From an uncultured Chloroflexia bacterium (GTDB lineage: Bacteria; Chloroflexota; Limnocylindria; Limnocylindrales; CSP1-4): a DNA stretch of 64,000 nucleotides. A model generated the notes under the pieces. It ran no database searches. It saw only the letters and a program-made list of their open reading frames with translations, and had not been told where the DNA came from. Positions 52,285 to 60,980 of the stretch are shown here, piece after piece. A program made the position numbers and the translations under genes. Where the stretch lies: positions 352,001 through 416,000 of the forward strand of contig CAWEYL010000001.1 of assembly GCA_963813335.1 (NCBI GenBank). The letters are read 5' to 3'. Positions within the stretch are counted from its first letter, which is position 1, and each line of letters starts with the position of its first letter.

Positions 52285-52809
52285 ATGCAGTCCGACGGAC
52301 GGGCAGCGCGGAGGACCTCGACATGGGTGGTCCTCCGCGCTGTGCTGGTCTCGGGGCTGCTGATCGGCACGCTGGGCTGTGGCGCGGCCGTCACGTCCGA
52401 GGCGGTCCCGGTCGCGCGAGCCCCCGGTGACGGTGGGCCGGGCGTCGCGAACCGGCCGGTCAACATCAACGAGCTCCTGGTGCAGACGATCATGGTCAGC
52501 GCCGGCCTGGGATCCCCGTATCGCGTCATCGGGATCCGGCTCGGCGTTTTGGGCGACCTCAAGGGTGTCGCGCTGGCCGACCGGGCAGCGGTCGCTGCCT
52601 GGCAGGGCACCGTGAAGACCGACCTCGACCTCACCGCCTGGAAGGTCGAGCTGGTCGGGTCGCAGGCGCGCGTCGACTGCGGGAGCGGGGCATGCGGCGA
52701 TCGGTTCGCCTACGTCGAGGCGTACCTGACCGGCAACGGGCGCTCCATCCTGGAGATCACGATGCACCCGCTCCCGCCCGGGGACCCGCGGGTCCCACCC
52801 GGCGGCTAG
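52285..52809 (+). CDS. Hypothetical lipoprotein
   Basis: Hydrophobic N-terminus ending TLGC; no family recognised. Confidence 0.55.
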   Translation: MQSDGRAARRTSTWVVLRAVLVSGLLIGTLGCGAAVTSEAVPVARAPGDGGPGVANRPVNINELLVQTIMVSAGLGSPYRVIGIRLGVLGDLKGVALADRAAVAAWQGTVKTDLDLTAWKVELVGSQARVDCGSGACGDRFAYVEAYLTGNGRSILEITMHPLPPGDPRVPPGG

Positions 52810-53630
52810 CGCCAGCGGGGGAGCGGGGCCAGGAACTCGACGATCGCGCCGGCGAGGCGCTCGGGGACCTCCATGCCGATCATGTGGGCCACATCCGGCC
52901 AGACGATGGCGCGCGCATCGGGTGCGGTCGCCTCGAGGTGGCGGGCGGTCTGCGCCACCTCGGACACGTCGAGTGCCCCGGCGATGGCCAGCACCGGGGC
53001 GCGCAGCTCCTCGAGCCGCTCGGCGGCGGGTGGATCGAGCCGGATCCGCTGCCCGAAGACGTGGCCCTCGACGTAGAGCGGCGCGTCCCACGACCGGATC
53101 GCCTCGCGGATCCAGGACGGGACGCGGGTGGGCGGCTGGCCCGGGCCGTCGACCCAGACCCGGATGTCGATCTCGGCGACCGCGGCCGGGTCGGGCGGGT
53201 CGAGCGACTCGAGACGGTCCATTTCGGTAAACAGCTCGACCTCTTCCGGCGTCGCATCGCCATCGAACCCGCCGAGGCCAGCCCCGACCCCGACGACCGC
53301 CACGACCCGCTCGGGGTAGGCGATCGCCGTATCGAAGGCCGTCGCGCCGCCGCGCGAGTTGCCGACCAGCGCGGCGCGGCCGATGCCCGCCGAATCGAGC
53401 ACGGCGACCAGGTCCGCGGGCTCGGCGAAGGCCACGTCCTCGGTGGTCGAGCGGCCCCACCCACGCGCGTCGTAGCGGATGACGCGATAGCCCGCGGCCA
53501 CCAGCAGCGGCGCGAGGGCGTCCCAGCTGTCCAGGCAGGCGATCCCGGCGTGCACCAGGACGACCGGCGGGCCGGCACCCTCGTCGACGACGCGCAGCCG
53601 CCCGCCGGGCACCTCGACGAACGCCATCAT
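52806..53630 (-). CDS. Alpha/beta hydrolase
   Basis: LVHAG, YDARGWGRS, GNSRGG, GALD, VAH. Confidence 0.9.
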   Translation of the reverse strand: MMAFVEVPGGRLRVVDEGAGPPVVLVHAGIACLDSWDALAPLLVAAGYRVIRYDARGWGRSTTEDVAFAEPADLVAVLDSAGIGRAALVGNSRGGATAFDTAIAYPERVVAVVGVGAGLGGFDGDATPEEVELFTEMDRLESLDPPDPAAVAEIDIRVWVDGPGQPPTRVPSWIREAIRSWDAPLYVEGHVFGQRIRLDPPAAERLEELRAPVLAIAGALDVSEVAQTARHLEATAPDARAIVWPDVAHMIGMEVPERLAGAIVEFLAPLPRWR

Positions 53631-53866
53631 CGGTCGTGACCTCCGCGGATTCTCAGGCGGTTCTCAGATGCGACCGACAGGATGACACCCATCCTCCCTC
53701 CCCGGCGACACAAGACGCCGGCGAGCCAGCGCCGAACGACGACCTCCTCCTGTCGGACGGCCCGCGCTCGCCGGCGTTCGCCGTTCCAGTCGGCCAAGAC
53801 CCGGGGCTCGGGGCACCTCGCCACGTCGTCTCCACGCGGGCTCCACAGTCATCGACGGTGGGCCCC

Positions 53867-54051
53867 ATGGATATCGATCAAACCGACCCCATCATCTCGG
53901 TCGAGCACATGACCAAGCACCATAAGAAGGCGACAACGCGGCGGCGGTCCTCCACCCGATGTGGCTGGACGCGCTCATCACCGGTGGGTTCTTCCTGTTC
54001 TTCATGGTCGTCGGGACGACCCTCTTCGTGCGGGCCGACCGCAACCGCTGA
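53867..54051 (+). pseudogene. Remnant joining an ABC ATPase N-terminus to an ABC-2 permease C-terminus
   Basis: MDIDQTDPIISVEHMTKHHKKA, then out of frame AAVLHPMWLDALITGGFFLFFMVVGTTLFVRADRNR*. Confidence 0.55.
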
Positions 54052-54178
54052 CGGACCGGCCCGGACCGCGGACCGCGGGTCTGGACGGGCCTGTCGATTC
54101 GCGGCAGGCCCGTTCGTCACTGGTTCGAAGGGCGACCGAGGCACCGTTGACCGAGGTCCCTCAGCAGGAGACGGACCG

Positions 54179-54529
54179 ATGGCAGACGCACGCGTGATCC
54201 ACTTCGAGATCGTGGGCAAGGACCAGGGCGCCCTCCAGCGCTACTACGGGAACCTGTTCGGCTGGAAGCTCAACACGGACTTCCCGGGCGGCTACGGGAT
54301 GACCGATCCGGCCCAGACGGGGCTCATCGTCGGTGTCGGCGCCACGCCGGACGGGTCCGCCGGCCACGTCACCGGCTACGTCACGGTCGACGACATCAAC
54401 GCCACCCTGGCGAAGGCGGTGGATCTCGGCGGATCCGTGATCATGCCCAAGTTCAGCCCGGACGGGAACGCCCAGCTGGCGCTGGTGGCCGACCCCGAGG
54501 GCCACGTCCTGGGCCTGACCGAGATGTGA
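54179..54529 (+). CDS. VOC/glyoxalase family protein
   Basis: IHFEI, YYGNLFGW, YVTVDDI..TL.KA..LGG, DPEGHVLGL; AGGAG RBS. Confidence 0.9.
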   Translation: MADARVIHFEIVGKDQGALQRYYGNLFGWKLNTDFPGGYGMTDPAQTGLIVGVGATPDGSAGHVTGYVTVDDINATLAKAVDLGGSVIMPKFSPDGNAQLALVADPEGHVLGLTEM

Positions 54530-54919
54530 TCGTCGCGCCACGACGTGGCGCGACAACGAGGCGATCAGACGGGGCGCCGGCACTGCCGGCGCCCCGTTCC
54601 CATGCCCGGGAATCCGGTGCCGCGGCGCCACGAACGGGACCCTGTCGGGACCATCGTCCTATGGCGATCCGACCCCCGCGGAGGACAGTTCAGGGAGTGC
54701 GGTCGGGTCGCGTTTCGAACGGTCGAGAGCGGTCCGAGCCACGACGCCCGGAGGACCACCCGGACGGAGACCGTGATCGCCGCGGCGCCCCGAACGCGCG
54801 ACCGACACGGTCTCCAGGGATCCGTGGGGACGGGCGGGACAAGGCGCTCGGCTCCCTCCGCCGACGCTCCATCCAGATCCTTGGGAGTGCCCCCTGATGG
54901 ATCCGTTCCAGCAACTTCG

Positions 54920-56212
54920 ATGACCAGGCGACGGACCCCACGCCGCCCGCAGCCGCGCGACCGCGGCGCCCTGCTGGCCTACACGGCCATCACGACCCTG
55001 GCCGGCTTCGCCTCGCTCGTCTGGGCGGCCGCCACCTTCCCGATCGACGAGGCGATCTCCCTCACCGCGGCCGGCGGCCGCGAGGGGATCCTGCTCGGCC
55101 TGATCTTCTGGATCGCGATCGGACTCCTCGGCGGGACGCGCGTCGAGCGCATGCACGGCCACGGCGTCCTCACCTTCCACCTCCCGTTCATCATCGCGGC
55201 CATGGCCGTCGGCGGCCCGACCGCCGGCGCGCTGGTGGCGCTCCTGTCCACGATCGAGCGGCGCGAGCTGCGCGAGGTGCCGTGGTACGGCACGGTGGCC
55301 AACCACGCCCACCTGACCCTGTCCGCGGTCGTCGGCGGTGTCGTCCTGCTGGGGATCGAGCGCTGGCTCGGGGTGCTCCTGCCCGACAAGCCGCAGGCGG
55401 TCGCGCTGATCGCCATCATCGGCGGGGGTGGGCTGATGACCCTGATCGCGATCAGCCTGGCTGCGGGGACCGTGCATCTCCGCGACGGTCTCACGCGCGG
55501 CGAGCTGCTGCGCCTCTACGACACGGCCTACCGGGCGACCGCCGCCACCGAGGTGGTCCTCGGCTGGATCCTCGCCTACACCTATACCGCGCTCGGCTGG
55601 TGGGCGGCGCTCGTCGCGGCGATCCTGGTCCTCGCCGTCTGGCAGAGCCATGACGCCACGACGATCTCGCACCACGACCCGATGACCGGCCTGTTGAACC
55701 GCTCCGGCTTCGACGTCCGGCTGGCCCACGCCATCGACGCCTCGCAGCGCCACGACCGCCTCGGCGCGCTCCTGGCCATCGACCTGGACGGCTTCAAGGC
55801 CATCAACGATCGCAACGGCCACCCGGTCGGCGACGAGGTGCTCCGCGTCGTCGGCGAGCGGCTGCAGGCCTCGATCCGCCTGACCGACGCGGCGGTCCGC
55901 CTCGGCGGCGACGAGTTCGGGGTCCTCCTGGTGGACCTGCCGAACGCCGGGACCGCCAAACGGCTCGCCAAGCGGATCCACGACACCATCGCGAGGCCCA
56001 TGGACGTCGACGGCCGGCCGCTCCAGGTCGGCGCCTCCATCGGCGTCTACCTGATCGAGCGCACGCGCAAGCCCCCCACGACGGGGCTGGTCCACGAGCT
56101 CGCCGACAAGCTGATGTACGAGGCGAAGGTCGCCGGTGGCGGCATCCGCTTCTCGGACCGGGCGGGCGACGCCATGATCGCCGCGAACGAGGAGCTCGCG
56201 ACACTCATCTGA
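54920..56212 (+). CDS. Membrane-anchored diguanylate cyclase
   Basis: Multi-TM N-terminus; HDPMTGLLNR, DLDGFKAIND..GH..GD, RLGGDEF, SIG, ADKLMY. Confidence 0.9.
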   Translation: MTRRRTPRRPQPRDRGALLAYTAITTLAGFASLVWAAATFPIDEAISLTAAGGREGILLGLIFWIAIGLLGGTRVERMHGHGVLTFHLPFIIAAMAVGGPTAGALVALLSTIERRELREVPWYGTVANHAHLTLSAVVGGVVLLGIERWLGVLLPDKPQAVALIAIIGGGGLMTLIAISLAAGTVHLRDGLTRGELLRLYDTAYRATAATEVVLGWILAYTYTALGWWAALVAAILVLAVWQSHDATTISHHDPMTGLLNRSGFDVRLAHAIDASQRHDRLGALLAIDLDGFKAINDRNGHPVGDEVLRVVGERLQASIRLTDAAVRLGGDEFGVLLVDLPNAGTAKRLAKRIHDTIARPMDVDGRPLQVGASIGVYLIERTRKPPTTGLVHELADKLMYEAKVAGGGIRFSDRAGDAMIAANEELATLI

Positions 56213-56260
56213 GGGTGCGACCCGTTTGACGGTTCCGGGCGCAGCCGTGACCCTGTCCGG

Positions 56261-57457
56261 GTGCTTCAGCGACTCGCGGTCGCGGTCCTGGCGATCCTCC
56301 TCGTCGGCTGCGGCCCATCCACCCCGACGCCGAGCGGCGATGCCAGTGCGCCCGCGGATACCAGCGCGAGCCCGGATGCCAGCGGATCGGCGAACGGCCC
56401 GACCGACGACCCGAGCGCGCCCGCGACCCCGGTCCCGGCGCCCGGCCACGAGGTCTACGGCTACGTCCCGTACTGGGAGATGGACGGCACCATCGCCGAC
56501 CACCTCTCGAAGACCACGCTGACCACCCTCGCGCTCTTCTCGGTCACGAACCGGCGGGACGGCTCCATCGACGACAGCCAGAACGGCTTCAAGCGGATCA
56601 CCGGCCCCGTCGGCCAGCAGATGATCGCGGAGGCGCACGACCGCAAGGTGCGCGTCGAGGTCGTGTTCACCAGCTTCGGGAAGGCGCGCAACAAGCAGCT
56701 CTTCGGCGGCACGGTCGCGAGCCAGGACAAGGTCATCGCGTCCCTGGTCGCGTTCGCGCACGAGATCGGCGTCGACGGCATCAACGTCGATGTCGAGTCG
56801 ATGGACCAGGAGTTCGTGCCGGCCTACGGCGCGTTCGTGGGCCGGCTGCGGGCCGCGCTGCGCGGGGACACGGGGCGGGGACAGGTATCCGTGGCCACCA
56901 CCGCCCACACCGTCGGGGCGGCGATGGCGGCGGCTGCCGCCGCGGCCGGTGCCGACCGGATCTTCATGATGGGTTACGACTACCACTGGGCGGGCTCCGC
57001 GCCGGGGGCCTCGGCGCCCATGGACCGCCGCGACGGCCAGCCGCAGGACCTGCCCTGGTCGCTCGACCTGTACGCGGCGGCCGGCGTGCCGGTCCAGCGG
57101 ACGATCCTGGGCCTGCCGTTCTACGGCATGTCCTGGCCGGTCACCGGGCCGGAGCTCGGCGACCCGGACACCGGTCGCGGCGACACCTGGATCCCGTCGG
57201 ACCACCTCTCGACGTACGCGGACAGCTCGCTCACGCCGACGCTCGACCCGATCGAGCAGGTGGACTTCTACGCGGTCCCGGACGGCGCGGGCTGGCAGGG
57301 GATCTACGTCGATTCGCCCGCGACCCTCACGCCCAAGCTGGCCCTCGCCGACGCCCGCGGCCTCGCCGGCGCGGGGTTCTGGGCGATCGGCTACGAGCGC
57401 GGTCTCCCGGGCTACGCCGACCTCGTCAAGCGGTTCGCGGACGGCAAGTTGGACTGA
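56261..57457 (+). CDS. Glycoside hydrolase family 18 lipoprotein
   Basis: Lipobox LLVGC, GYVPYW, DGINVDVE, MGYDYH, LGLPFYG, GFWAIG. Confidence 0.85.
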   Translation: MLQRLAVAVLAILLVGCGPSTPTPSGDASAPADTSASPDASGSANGPTDDPSAPATPVPAPGHEVYGYVPYWEMDGTIADHLSKTTLTTLALFSVTNRRDGSIDDSQNGFKRITGPVGQQMIAEAHDRKVRVEVVFTSFGKARNKQLFGGTVASQDKVIASLVAFAHEIGVDGINVDVESMDQEFVPAYGAFVGRLRAALRGDTGRGQVSVATTAHTVGAAMAAAAAAAGADRIFMMGYDYHWAGSAPGASAPMDRRDGQPQDLPWSLDLYAAAGVPVQRTILGLPFYGMSWPVTGPELGDPDTGRGDTWIPSDHLSTYADSSLTPTLDPIEQVDFYAVPDGAGWQGIYVDSPATLTPKLALADARGLAGAGFWAIGYERGLPGYADLVKRFADGKLD

Positions 57458-57521
57458 CCCGCCCGGAGGTATCCTCCCGCCGATGGTCGGCCGGTCCCTG
57501 GCCGACCCCGATGGAGGCACG

Positions 57522-57980
57522 ATGAGCGACCTGCCGTACACGCTGGTCAAGTACGCCCACGTCCTGGCCGCGATGGTCTGGGTCGGCGGGGTCTTCTATT
57601 CGCAGGTCCTCGCCGCGCGCGCCGGCCGGTCCGACGACCCCGGCGAGCTGCCGCGGACCGCCCGGGCGATCGGTGCCCTCGGGCTCAAGCTGTTCCTGCC
57701 GACGGCGATCATCCTGTTCGTGGCGGGCTTCACCCTCGTGCTCATGCGCTGGCAGTTCTCGCAGCTCTGGGTCTCCCTCGGGATGGCCACCTGGCTGATC
57801 CTCGTCCTGATCGGCGCGCTGTACCTCGGGCCGAACGGGGCCAAGGTCGGCAAGTTGTTCGCGACCGAGGGCCCGACGTCCGTGGCGGCCCGCGCCGGCC
57901 TGACCCGGATCTTCCTGGTCACCCGGCTCCAGCTCGTCCTGCTCGCATTCGTCGTGTTCCTGATGGTCGCCAAGCCGTAG
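57522..57980 (+). CDS. DUF2269-like integral membrane protein
   Basis: KYAHVLAAMVWVGG, C-terminal FLMVAKP; GGAGG RBS. Confidence 0.75.
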   Translation: MSDLPYTLVKYAHVLAAMVWVGGVFYSQVLAARAGRSDDPGELPRTARAIGALGLKLFLPTAIILFVAGFTLVLMRWQFSQLWVSLGMATWLILVLIGALYLGPNGAKVGKLFATEGPTSVAARAGLTRIFLVTRLQLVLLAFVVFLMVAKP

Positions 57981-58055
57981 CGGATCGGGAGTACCCCACG
58001 GGGGCCGGACTCCTGGGGGATGCCGCGGTGCGGTGCGGGGCTGCACCGTCCGGGC

Positions 58056-58500
58056 ATGAAGTTCGTCCTGCGGATCGGCATCATCCTGCTGTTCGTCGGC
58101 GGCGCATACGTGTTCCGCGACCGGATCAGCGGCGGGGCCGGCGAGCTCAAGGTCGGCGACTGCTTCGACGTCCCGTCGGCGGTGACCGAGACGGTCAAGG
58201 ACGTCCAGCATCACCCCTGCGACGAGCGCCACACCGCCGAGGTCATCCTCGTCACGAAGCACCCCGCGGCCAAGGGCGCGAAGGTGCCGAGCGATGCCGA
58301 CCTGCGGACCTATCTCGCGAACACGTGCGGCGATGCGCTCGACGCGTACGTCGGCACGACGAAGGCCGACCTGTACGACCTCGGGGCGTTCTATCCCGAC
58401 CGACAAGGACTGGGCCGACAACGAGCGGGGCGTGACCTGCTATCTCACGAAGCTCGACGAGTCCCCGATGACGGCCTCGGCCAAGGTCAAGAAGACCTGA
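58056..58500 (+). CDS. Septum-formation family protein (frameshift near 58398)
   Basis: LKVGDCFD, PCDERHTAEV, P...W..NERGVTC. Confidence 0.72.
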
Positions 58501-58504
58501 CCAC

Positions 58505-59377
58505 TCAGACGAGCGGCGCGACCTCGCGGGCGAACCGCTCGGCGCGCGCGACGACCTCGGCGGCATCGGTCGTCCCGAACGCGAGGGCCAGGTGGGTGAC
58601 ACCGATCGCGGCGAACGCCCGCACCTCGGCCGCGATCTCCTCCGGCGTCCCGCGCATCGAATACGACGTGTCCGCGCTCGGGCCGAAGTCCACGTTGACC
58701 CGCGCGGAGAGCGACGGCATGGGTCGCCCGGCCGCCTCCGCAGCCGCCCGGATCACCGGCAGCCGCTCGGCGTACGCCGCCGGTCCGGTGGAGCTCGAGT
58801 GGTAGCCGTCGCCCAGCTCGCCGACCCGGCGGAGCGCCGGCTCGGCCCGCCCACCGATCACGATCGGCAGCGGGGACTGGACCGGCAGCGGCTCGAACTC
58901 GAAGTCGTCGATCGTGTGGAAGCGGCCGTGGAACGGCTCGCGCGACCCGGACCACAGGTGGCGCCAGAGCCGGATCGTCTCGTCGAGGTAGGCGCCGCGG
59001 ACGCGCAGCCGCTCGCCCATGCCGAGATTGCCGAACTCCGTCGTGTTCCAGCCGATGCCCACGCCGGCCGTCACGCGGCCGGCGCTCAGGTCGTCCAGGG
59101 TGGCCAGCTCCTTCGCCAGCAGCACGGCGTTCCGCTGCGGCACGACGATCACGCTCGTGCCCAGCCGGAGACGCGGATGGCGCGCCCCCACCCAGGCCAG
59201 CACGAGGATCGCCTCGTAGATCCGGCCGTACTCGTCGACGCTCGCGTGGTCGACCAGGACGTGGTCGGTCGTCCAGACGGTCGACCAGCCCAGTCGGTCG
59301 GCGACCTCGGCGCCGGCCTCGATGCCCTCGGCGGAGGCGCCCGCCCGGAAGTTCGGAAGACACAGTCCGTAGTCCAT
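58505..59377 (-). CDS. LLM-class (luciferase-like) putative F420-dependent oxidoreductase
   Basis: VWTTDHV, LGTSV..PQRN.VLLAKELATLD, GVGIGW..EF, PIVIGG. Confidence 0.9.
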   Translation of the reverse strand: MDYGLCLPNFRAGASAEGIEAGAEVADRLGWSTVWTTDHVLVDHASVDEYGRIYEAILVLAWVGARHPRLRLGTSVIVVPQRNAVLLAKELATLDDLSAGRVTAGVGIGWNTTEFGNLGMGERLRVRGAYLDETIRLWRHLWSGSREPFHGRFHTIDDFEFEPLPVQSPLPIVIGGRAEPALRRVGELGDGYHSSSTGPAAYAERLPVIRAAAEAAGRPMPSLSARVNVDFGPSADTSYSMRGTPEEIAAEVRAFAAIGVTHLALAFGTTDAAEVVARAERFAREVAPLV

Positions 59378-59452
59378 GCCCGGAATGGTATGCGTCTACA
59401 CTCACCCAAGTCGGGCGCCCGGATGACGGCGCTGACACGAAGCGAGGTCTTG

Positions 59453-59710
59453 ATGGCAAAGCACTCCAAGTACGAGCGTGAGCAGCGACTCGCCGAGACA
59501 GAACGCGTCAAGGAAGTCGAAAGCGCCTGGGTGAAGAGCCTCACGCCGGCGGCCGCCGCGGCCTTCACCGCCTCGGTCCAGGCCGCGCGGGAGCGCCCAC
59601 CGGCCGAGCGCCGGCCCGACATGGCCCCCGGGACCGCGCCGCGGCCGCCCCGTCCCGGCCACGAGCCGAAGCCACCCAAGGACGCGCCTCGCTCGCGACG
59701 GGACTCCTAG
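59453..59710 (+). CDS. Hypothetical protein
   Basis: MAKHSKYEREQRL..., GAGG RBS, Pro-rich tail PDMAPGTAPRPPRPG. Confidence 0.6.
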   Translation: MAKHSKYEREQRLAETERVKEVESAWVKSLTPAAAAAFTASVQAARERPPAERRPDMAPGTAPRPPRPGHEPKPPKDAPRSRRDS

Positions 59711-59713
59711 GCG

Positions 59714-60088
59714 GTGCGCAAGCGGAAGGTCACCTATCCGGTGGCCCGCACCAGCCGACGGCCTGCCCCCACCGATACCCCTGAAGTCACCTACGTCCGG
59801 CCGAGCGTCGTCGCCATCGACGTGAACGCCCAGAGCGGCCGCGAGGGCATCACCCTGGGCCGCCGCGTCCGGATCATCGGTGGCGGCCTGTACAGCGGCG
59901 AGATCGCCGTCGTCGAATCGATGCCGGGCGGGCTCATCCCCTCGGCGCTCGTCCGCACCGAGGCGGGGCGCACCCGACGCGTCCGCACCATCGACCTCGA
60001 GCCCGTCGGCGAGGGCGCGACCGATCGTCCGGCTGCGAGCACCCCGCCCCCGAAGCCCGAGCCCGAGGCGGACCGCGCCGACGCCTGA
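59714..60088 (+). CDS. Hypothetical protein with KOW/SH3-like motif
   Basis: LGRRVRIIGGGLYSGEIAVVE, VRTEAGRTRRVRTIDLEP. Confidence 0.6.
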   Translation: MRKRKVTYPVARTSRRPAPTDTPEVTYVRPSVVAIDVNAQSGREGITLGRRVRIIGGGLYSGEIAVVESMPGGLIPSALVRTEAGRTRRVRTIDLEPVGEGATDRPAASTPPPKPEPEADRADA

Positions 60089-60350
60089 CGGTCTGGATCT
60101 CCATCTCGAGCTCGCGTCCGACGCGGAGCTCGACGAGTTGCGCCGCGCGCTGCTCAAGGCGCGGGCCGCCGAGCTCTCGGAGGTCCGCCGCCGCGACGTC
60201 CGCCTGACCGCGGGCTACGGCGATGCCACGAACCGCGCGGTCATGGACGACGAGGCACGGCGGGCGCAGGTCCGCTACGACGCGCTCACGCGACTGCTCG
60301 ACGCGCTCGACCGCGCGGAGTCGACTGCCGGGCACGATCCGACCCGCTGA
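60075..60350 (+). CDS. Hypothetical helical protein (start uncertain)
   Basis: LDLHLELASDAELDELRRALLKARAAE...; GC3-rich frame, no clear start codon. Confidence 0.45.
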   Translation, partial: APTPDGLDLHLELASDAELDELRRALLKARAAELSEVRRRDVRLTAGYGDATNRAVMDDEARRAQVRYDALTRLLDALDRAESTAGHDPTR

Positions 60351-60437
60351 GGCCCGCCATTCGCGGCCCGCAGGACGTTCCCGCGCCACAGGACGATGAT
60401 TTCGGTCGTGGGGGCAGTGACGATCGGAGGCCACAAC

Positions 60438-60884
60438 ATGCGCGTCGAGTTCACGCGTCAGCCGCACCCACGGGTCCAGGAGCGCAAGAAGAGCGGGCCG
60501 CCCACGAGAGCCGCCGAGCATGAAGGCGTCAACGGCCGGATCGCGCTGACGCTCACGAACGTCGTCGGCACGATGTGGTGTGCCTACGCCTTCGCGTGCC
60601 TGGCGCTGCTGGTCCTGCCGCAGGCGGTCGGCGGCGGGCTCCTCGCGCTCGTGCAGTGGATCAGCCAGACGTTCATCCAGCTCGTGATGCTCTCGGTGAT
60701 CATGGTCGGCCAGAACATCCTGGGCCGGGCCGCCGACAAGCAGGCGGAGATGACCTACAAGGACGCGGACGCGGCGCTCCACGAGGTCGGCCAGGTCCAG
60801 GACCACCTGCAGATGCAGGACGACGCCATCAATACGCTGCTGGCGAAGGTCGAGCAGCTGGAGGCGTCCCTCGCCAAGGCCTGA
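60438..60884 (+). CDS. DUF1003-like membrane protein
   Basis: VGTMWCAY.F, WISQTFIQLVMLSVIMVGQN; GGAGG RBS. Confidence 0.7.
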   Translation: MRVEFTRQPHPRVQERKKSGPPTRAAEHEGVNGRIALTLTNVVGTMWCAYAFACLALLVLPQAVGGGLLALVQWISQTFIQLVMLSVIMVGQNILGRAADKQAEMTYKDADAALHEVGQVQDHLQMQDDAINTLLAKVEQLEASLAKA

Positions 60885-60980
60885 CGCATGGCCGGGTCGA
60901 TGACCGCCTGGTCGAGATGGACTTCGGTCCGTACGAGGGCTAGTCCGAGGCGGCCCTCGAGGCGGACCCGGGGAGGCGAT

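Noticed and set aside
54107-54120. Additional DosR-like box GGCCCGTTCGTCAC
   Set aside because: Overlaps the arm of a terminator-like hairpin, which explains it
54530-54919. c-di-GMP riboswitch before the DGC
   Set aside because: No class I or class II consensus recognised
56261-57457. GH18 as an inactive or novel enzyme because of DGINVDVE
   Set aside because: The catalytic Glu is kept, and the D-to-N variant is known in YaaH/SleL-type GH18 proteins
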